Assembly (NCBI GenBank): GCA_041288045.1
Contig: JBGGMM010000207.1
Location: 1 to 11,307 of the forward strand
Origin: Pseudobdellovibrionaceae bacterium
Lineage (GTDB): Bacteria > Bdellovibrionota > Bdellovibrionia > Bdellovibrionales > Bdellovibrionaceae
Length of the DNA stretch: 11,307 nucleotides
Direction of reading: 5' to 3'
Position numbers and translations under genes: made by a program. Below the pieces are notes generated by a model. The model was not told where the DNA came from and made no database searches. It was given only the letters and a program-made list of their open reading frames with translations. The stretch's first letter is position 1; each line of letters opens with the position of its first letter. Below are positions 7,348-11,307 of this stretch, in pieces.

Positions 7348-8707
7348 GACTGAGAGGTCTTCTCGGTGCCCGGAAATAGGTTCTTGGCGACATGGCCAGC
7401 AGATCCGAAATTTTCGGCATGTAGACGCAAGCATAGCGATCCACTTGATAAGCAAAATAGCTCTCTTCGTTTCCAGCTCGCATCAACTGACCCCAGTGAG
7501 CATTGTACGCTGACTGTTGAATTTTGATGTGCCCGCTGATCTGGGCATCGATCTCGGCAATTTGTTTTTGCAGAGCTTCGATTTTACTGTCATCGACACT
7601 GCTATTCTTCTCAATTCTGAGGGTCATGAGATCGGTGAGCTCTTCTTCCATGGGCTCTTTCTTTTTCATCAAAGTTTCAATTTCAAGAATGAGCTTTTCA
7701 TTTTTCTTATTGATCTCGACTTCATTTTCAAGCTCTTCAATCACCATGGCCGTTCGCCATCCACAGTCTTTTTTCAAGCGCAGGATGTCCCCATAAATAT
7801 GATCGCCGACATAGAGAATCTCATCCCCTTCAAGCCCCAGATCCTTGGTGAATATCTCAGCGCATCCGCCCTGATAAATGCCGGGAACCAAACGGTCCCA
7901 GTGATTCATCATCGAGCCATCGTTTGGATTCACTTTCAGGAATTTAAGGTTGTCATAAAAAAACCGCGGCTTTTGCGCCATTGTGATGACAATTTCAAAC
8001 AGATCCATCCAGGATTTGGATTCCTTCAAGAATGGGTTGATCGCATAATCCAACAGCAGTTTGGTGTAAGCAAAATCCGAATTGGTCAGAACAAAAATCT
8101 TTTTGCCATGACGTTTGAATTTTTCAAGACCGGCCACAACGGAAGGGTCTTTGATAATGAAACGAGCCAGATCTTTTTTGACCACTTCTTTCAAAGAGCC
8201 ATCGCGATGGGCTTCATCCAAAACATAGAGAACATCATCGGCAATTTTGGCAAAATCCGGAAAAGCTGTTGGATTGGTTTTTTTCAGCTCAATCACTTGC
8301 GCAATCAAAGTTGCGAGCGAAATTGAAAAAGTCGTATCCACTGCCATGTAGGAGCCTTCGCTCAAATCGATGTAAGTGCTCTTATAGATTTTCTGCTGAG
8401 TTTTGAAATCCAGAGGTGTCAGACCATGAGAGCTTGCCCGAATCGCCGAATGACGATTGAGCTTGAGCAAATGGCCCCTTTCGCGATCCACCACCAAGCC
8501 GCGAATTGCCAGGTTGTAATTAAAATCCAGCGAGCGCACGAGCTCGGGGTAATTTTTGTTTTTGACCAGCTTCTCTTTCATCACCGAGTGAGAGAGCTTT
8601 TCAAACTCCTCACTGAAGTAGCGAATGAGTGTGTGATCCATATCGAGGCCGATGTAGCGGATCCTCTTCAAATTGAGAGTTCGGTTGACGTAAACTTTTC
8701 CGGTCAT
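7334..8707 (-). CDS. HAD-IG family cytosolic purine 5'-nucleotidase (cN-II-like)
   Basis: N-terminal VYVNR, motif I GLDMDHTL, motif II LTNS, motif III KPRFF, motif IV YVGDHIYGD, then GWRT and a charged coiled-coil segment. Confidence 0.92.
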   Translation of the reverse strand: MTGKVYVNRTLNLKRIRYIGLDMDHTLIRYFSEEFEKLSHSVMKEKLVKNKNYPELVRSLDFNYNLAIRGLVVDRERGHLLKLNRHSAIRASSHGLTPLDFKTQQKIYKSTYIDLSEGSYMAVDTTFSISLATLIAQVIELKKTNPTAFPDFAKIADDVLYVLDEAHRDGSLKEVVKKDLARFIIKDPSVVAGLEKFKRHGKKIFVLTNSDFAYTKLLLDYAINPFLKESKSWMDLFEIVITMAQKPRFFYDNLKFLKVNPNDGSMMNHWDRLVPGIYQGGCAEIFTKDLGLEGDEILYVGDHIYGDILRLKKDCGWRTAMVIEELENEVEINKKNEKLILEIETLMKKKEPMEEELTDLMTLRIEKNSSVDDSKIEALQKQIAEIDAQISGHIKIQQSAYNAHWGQLMRAGNEESYFAYQVDRYACVYMPKISDLLAMSPRTYFRAPRRPLSHELF

Positions 8708-8710
8708 TCT

Positions 8711-9079
8711 TTAAGCTTCTGTCTGAAGGTGAAGTTCATTCCAAAGAATCATTCCACCTTTGAGGTTGTAGACTTCGGTCAATCCATGTTCCATGGCATA
8801 AGCGGCAGCTCGAGCTGAGCGTCCACCACTGCGGCAAACAAAGACGACCGAACGATCTTTTGGAATTTCCTGAATGTGTTCAGGCAATGTATCTAGAGCA
8901 ATCAGTCGAGAACCCGGGATGTGACCCAGATCACCTTGATACTCTTCAGGCTGTCGAACATCGATCATCAGCACCTGATCTTTTTTCGTCGCCAGTTCGC
9001 GGGGATCGATATCTTGAACACCGTGATAATAAAGATTTTCCTCTTTTGTCTCGAATTGGACAAAACCAGTTGAGGACAT
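8711..9079 (-). CDS. Single-domain rhodanese-like sulfurtransferase
   Basis: Motifs IDVR.PEEY, GHIPGS, active-site loop CRSGGRS and YNLKGGMILW. ATG at 9079 has SD GAAGGTG. An alternative in-frame ATG at 9127 has SD AAGGAG. Confidence 0.92.
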   Translation of the reverse strand: MSSTGFVQFETKEENLYYHGVQDIDPRELATKKDQVLMIDVRQPEEYQGDLGHIPGSRLIALDTLPEHIQEIPKDRSVVFVCRSGGRSARAAAYAMEHGLTEVYNLKGGMILWNELHLQTEA

Positions 9080-9140
9080 GTTTTCACCTTCTAACTTTCT
9101 GTCTTGGGGTGATGTTTTTTCCATCATATGAGGCACTCCT

Positions 9141-9156
9141 TGCTCCAGCTGGAGCA
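9141..9156. promoter_or_regulatory. Perfect 16-bp palindrome, candidate operator in the divergent intergenic region
   Basis: TGCTCCAGCTGGAGCA is its own reverse complement and abuts the AAGGAG SD of the upstream rhodanese start. Regulatory role is inferred. Confidence 0.45.
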
Positions 9157-9270
9157 GCTATTCTTACCATAATTTCCAGTAAATAGATGCTTGCTCGAGG
9201 ACACAAGAGCGCCGCGGCATGAAGGGAAGGCTTGGGGCTTGACTCGCAATCGGTTAGATTCAGATCCCCT

Positions 9271-10569
9271 ATGACCAAAAAGAAATCCCCAGCCCATAAC
9301 GCGGCGCCAGATAAAGCTGAAGAGACCACCTTAGATGTGGAACAGCAAATTGCCCATGAGGTCTTACAAAGTGGCGAGAATGTTTTCGTGACCGGTGGAG
9401 CCGGCAGTGGAAAAAGCTACCTGATCCGCCATTTTATGAAAAGTCTCGACACCAAAAACATGCCGATTCTGGCTAGCACAGGCGCCGCCGCTGTTCTTTT
9501 GGGAGGGCGAACTTTTCACAGCTTCTTTGGTTTGGGAATTATGGAAGGTGGCGCGCAGGAAACCTACCATCGCATGAAAGATGATCCTAAATTGCACAAG
9601 CGCCTCACGCGGGTTGAAGGTGTGATCATCGATGAGATTTCTATGATTCCTTCTTCTGCCTTAGAGGTGGCGGAGAATCTGGCCAGACATGCCAGACAAT
9701 CTTCGCTTCCTTGGGGCGGGATGCGGGTGATTGTAGTGGGGGATTTCGCTCAGCTTCCGCCAGTGGCGCGATTTGGGCAAAAACGCGAGTGGTCCTTTTT
9801 AAGTTCCGTCTGGGAGCAAAGTGGATTTCAAGTTGTCGAGCTCACGAAAAATCAAAGAACTTACGATCAGCAGTTTCTCGACGTGCTCAGAGATGTACGG
9901 CAAGGCAAAGTCACCGAGCTGGTGCAAGAGTATTTGAATTTGAAAATTCGTGAGCATGACGAAGAGGACGAGACCACGAGGCTTTTCCCGAGAAGAGATC
10001 AATCCGAAATCTTCAATCAAAAAAAATTGGCGCAAATTCCGCAAACTGAAGTGAAAATTCCTTCGATTTATCTCGGACAAGAGCGCTTGGTCGAAGCTTT
10101 GAAAAAAAATTCGCCGATCCCAGGTGAGCTCACTCTGAAAGTGGGATGCAAAGTTCTCTTTCTGCAAAATGATCCTAGCAAACGCTGGGCGAATGGTACC
10201 AAGGGGACAGTGGTGGATATCACCGCCGATAAAATCACCATCGAGAAAGAAACCTGGAGGCATGTCACTGTCGAGAAAACTCAGTTTTCTCTTCAGGATG
10301 CTGAGGGGCGAACAGTGGCTTCAGTGATTAACTTTCCACTGACTTTGGCTTATGCGACGACCATTCACAAATCACAGGGCGCGACACTAGATGAAATTTG
10401 GGTGGATCTCTCCAGGCTTTGGGAGCCCGGCCAAGCTTATGTGGCTTTGAGCCGTCTGAGGACTGGGGATGGCTTGAAACTTTTGGGTTGGAAGCCTCAA
10501 TCGGTGATCACCGACCCGGCAGTGACCCGATTTTATCAGAGCTTGAACAGTCTAACGCGGCTCACCTGA
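9271..10569 (+). CDS. Pif1-family SF1B 5'-3' DNA helicase
   Basis: Motifs GGAGSGKS, ASTGAAA, GRTFHSFFG, IIDEISM, PWGG.RVIVVGDFAQLPPV, LTKNQR, NGTKG, FPLTLAYATTIHKSQG and GQAYVALSR. First ATG is at 9271 (the track uses TTG 9232). Confidence 0.92.
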   Translation: MTKKKSPAHNAAPDKAEETTLDVEQQIAHEVLQSGENVFVTGGAGSGKSYLIRHFMKSLDTKNMPILASTGAAAVLLGGRTFHSFFGLGIMEGGAQETYHRMKDDPKLHKRLTRVEGVIIDEISMIPSSALEVAENLARHARQSSLPWGGMRVIVVGDFAQLPPVARFGQKREWSFLSSVWEQSGFQVVELTKNQRTYDQQFLDVLRDVRQGKVTELVQEYLNLKIREHDEEDETTRLFPRRDQSEIFNQKKLAQIPQTEVKIPSIYLGQERLVEALKKNSPIPGELTLKVGCKVLFLQNDPSKRWANGTKGTVVDITADKITIEKETWRHVTVEKTQFSLQDAEGRTVASVINFPLTLAYATTIHKSQGATLDEIWVDLSRLWEPGQAYVALSRLRTGDGLKLLGWKPQSVITDPAVTRFYQSLNSLTRLT

Positions 10570-10639
10570 GAGCTTTTCATTTCATTCGAATTTCAACTCT
10601 AGTGCTGGTAAAAAGACATCCCGTGAGGAGGCTCTCTAT

Positions 10640-11307
10640 ATGTCACAAGTGACTGATTCTGTTTCCAATCCCTTGGGTATCAACGGCGTTGATTTCGTCG
10701 AGTACACAGGCCCTGACGCTCGTCATTTTGAAACTCTGTTCGCCAAATGGGGCTTCAAAGAAGTGGGCTCAATCCCAGGAAAGAAAATCAAACTCTATCG
10801 GCAGAACGACATCAATTTTATTTTGAACACAGAGCCTGGCACTTTCGCCACGGATTTTGCCAAAGCCCACGGGCCATCGATCAGCTCAACAGGGTTTCGC
10901 TTCAAAAATGCTCAGTCCGCTTTTGAAATGGCAGTGGCACGGGGAGCAAAGCCCTACATGGGGACTGAGGTTGAAAAAGGCGCGACACCTTTTCCGGCGA
11001 TTTATGGGATTGGTGATTCGATTGTCTATTTCATGGATGAAGCCAATAGCAGCAAGCTCTACAACAGCATTTTCAAAGTGAAGCCTGAAGATGCTTCACC
11101 AAAGGGCATGGGCTTCACCATCGTCGATCATTTCACCAACAACGTGCCCAAAGGTGAAATGCAAAAATGGTGTGATTTCTATCACAAAGTTTTCAATTTC
11201 CGAGAGACTCTTTATTTCGACATCAAAGGCAAATCCACGGGGCTGATTTCCAAAGTGATGCGTTCACCTTGCGGTCAGTTTGCGATTCCGATCAACGAGC
11301 CGTCGGA
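10640..11307 (+). CDS. hppD: 4-hydroxyphenylpyruvate dioxygenase, 5' partial (runs off the window)
   Basis: SD GAGGAGG at 10625-10631. My translation: MSQVTDSVSNPLGINGVDFVEY...YRQNDINFILN...HGPS...ARGA...PAIYGIGDSIVYF...IVDHFTNNV...FYHKVFNF...TGLISKVMRSPCG..IPINEP, including the first Fe-ligand His. Open to the window end and absent from the ORF track. Confidence 0.95.
   Translation, partial: MSQVTDSVSNPLGINGVDFVEYTGPDARHFETLFAKWGFKEVGSIPGKKIKLYRQNDINFILNTEPGTFATDFAKAHGPSISSTGFRFKNAQSAFEMAVARGAKPYMGTEVEKGATPFPAIYGIGDSIVYFMDEANSSKLYNSIFKVKPEDASPKGMGFTIVDHFTNNVPKGEMQKWCDFYHKVFNFRETLYFDIKGKSTGLISKVMRSPCGQFAIPINEPS

Noticed and set aside
7517..8326. 269-aa plus-strand ORF
   Set aside because: Lies entirely antisense to the well-conserved nucleotidase, has a TTG start and no recognisable motifs. 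Typical shadow ORF.
8806..8817. 12-bp palindrome CAGCTCGAGCTG
   Set aside because: Inside the rhodanese CDS and explained by its Ser-Ala-Arg-Ala-Ala codons. Short enough to be chance.
7334..10569. Helicase + HAD phosphatase + rhodanese as an anti-phage or DNA-modification system
   Set aside because: The helicase is divergent from the other two, there is no nuclease, methylase or mobile-element context, and the flanks are housekeeping genes of similar composition.
9084..10652. Other short overlapping ORFs (9084-9329, 9364-9597, 9711-9953, 9799-10263, 10068-10268, 10398-10652)
   Set aside because: Antisense or alternate-frame to the motif-complete helicase, with no independent support.
10857..11081. 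74-aa plus-strand ORF in the track
   Set aside because: Out-of-frame overlap with hppD, which is the real gene here.
1..11307. CRISPR array, rRNA, transposase or integrase
   Set aside because: No regularly spaced direct repeats or such coding motifs were seen, and nearly all the sequence is explained by the listed genes.

Overview
A gene-dense, mostly housekeeping bacterial window. Gene content suggests a Bdellovibrionota-like organism, which is an inference and not shown by the sequence. The core is a translationally coupled minus-strand pantothenate/CoA operon (panG-like DUF2520 reductase, panB, panC, coaBC, coaX, panD) with a sigma70-type promoter. It is flanked by two membrane-anchored hypothetical proteins that appear to carry degenerate enzyme folds. 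Downstream are a rhodanese + cN-II-type HAD 5'-nucleotidase pair (minus strand), a Pif1-family helicase, and the 5' part of hppD, which the ORF track misses because it runs off the window. Three perfect or near-perfect palindromes lie in intergenic spaces: 20-bp arms at 1804-1845, 24 bp at 7324-7347 and 16 bp at 9141-9156. I see no CRISPR array, RNA gene, transposase or clear-cut novel system. The best leads are the putative pseudo-enzymes, the structured 1711-1921 spacer and the panE-less operon.
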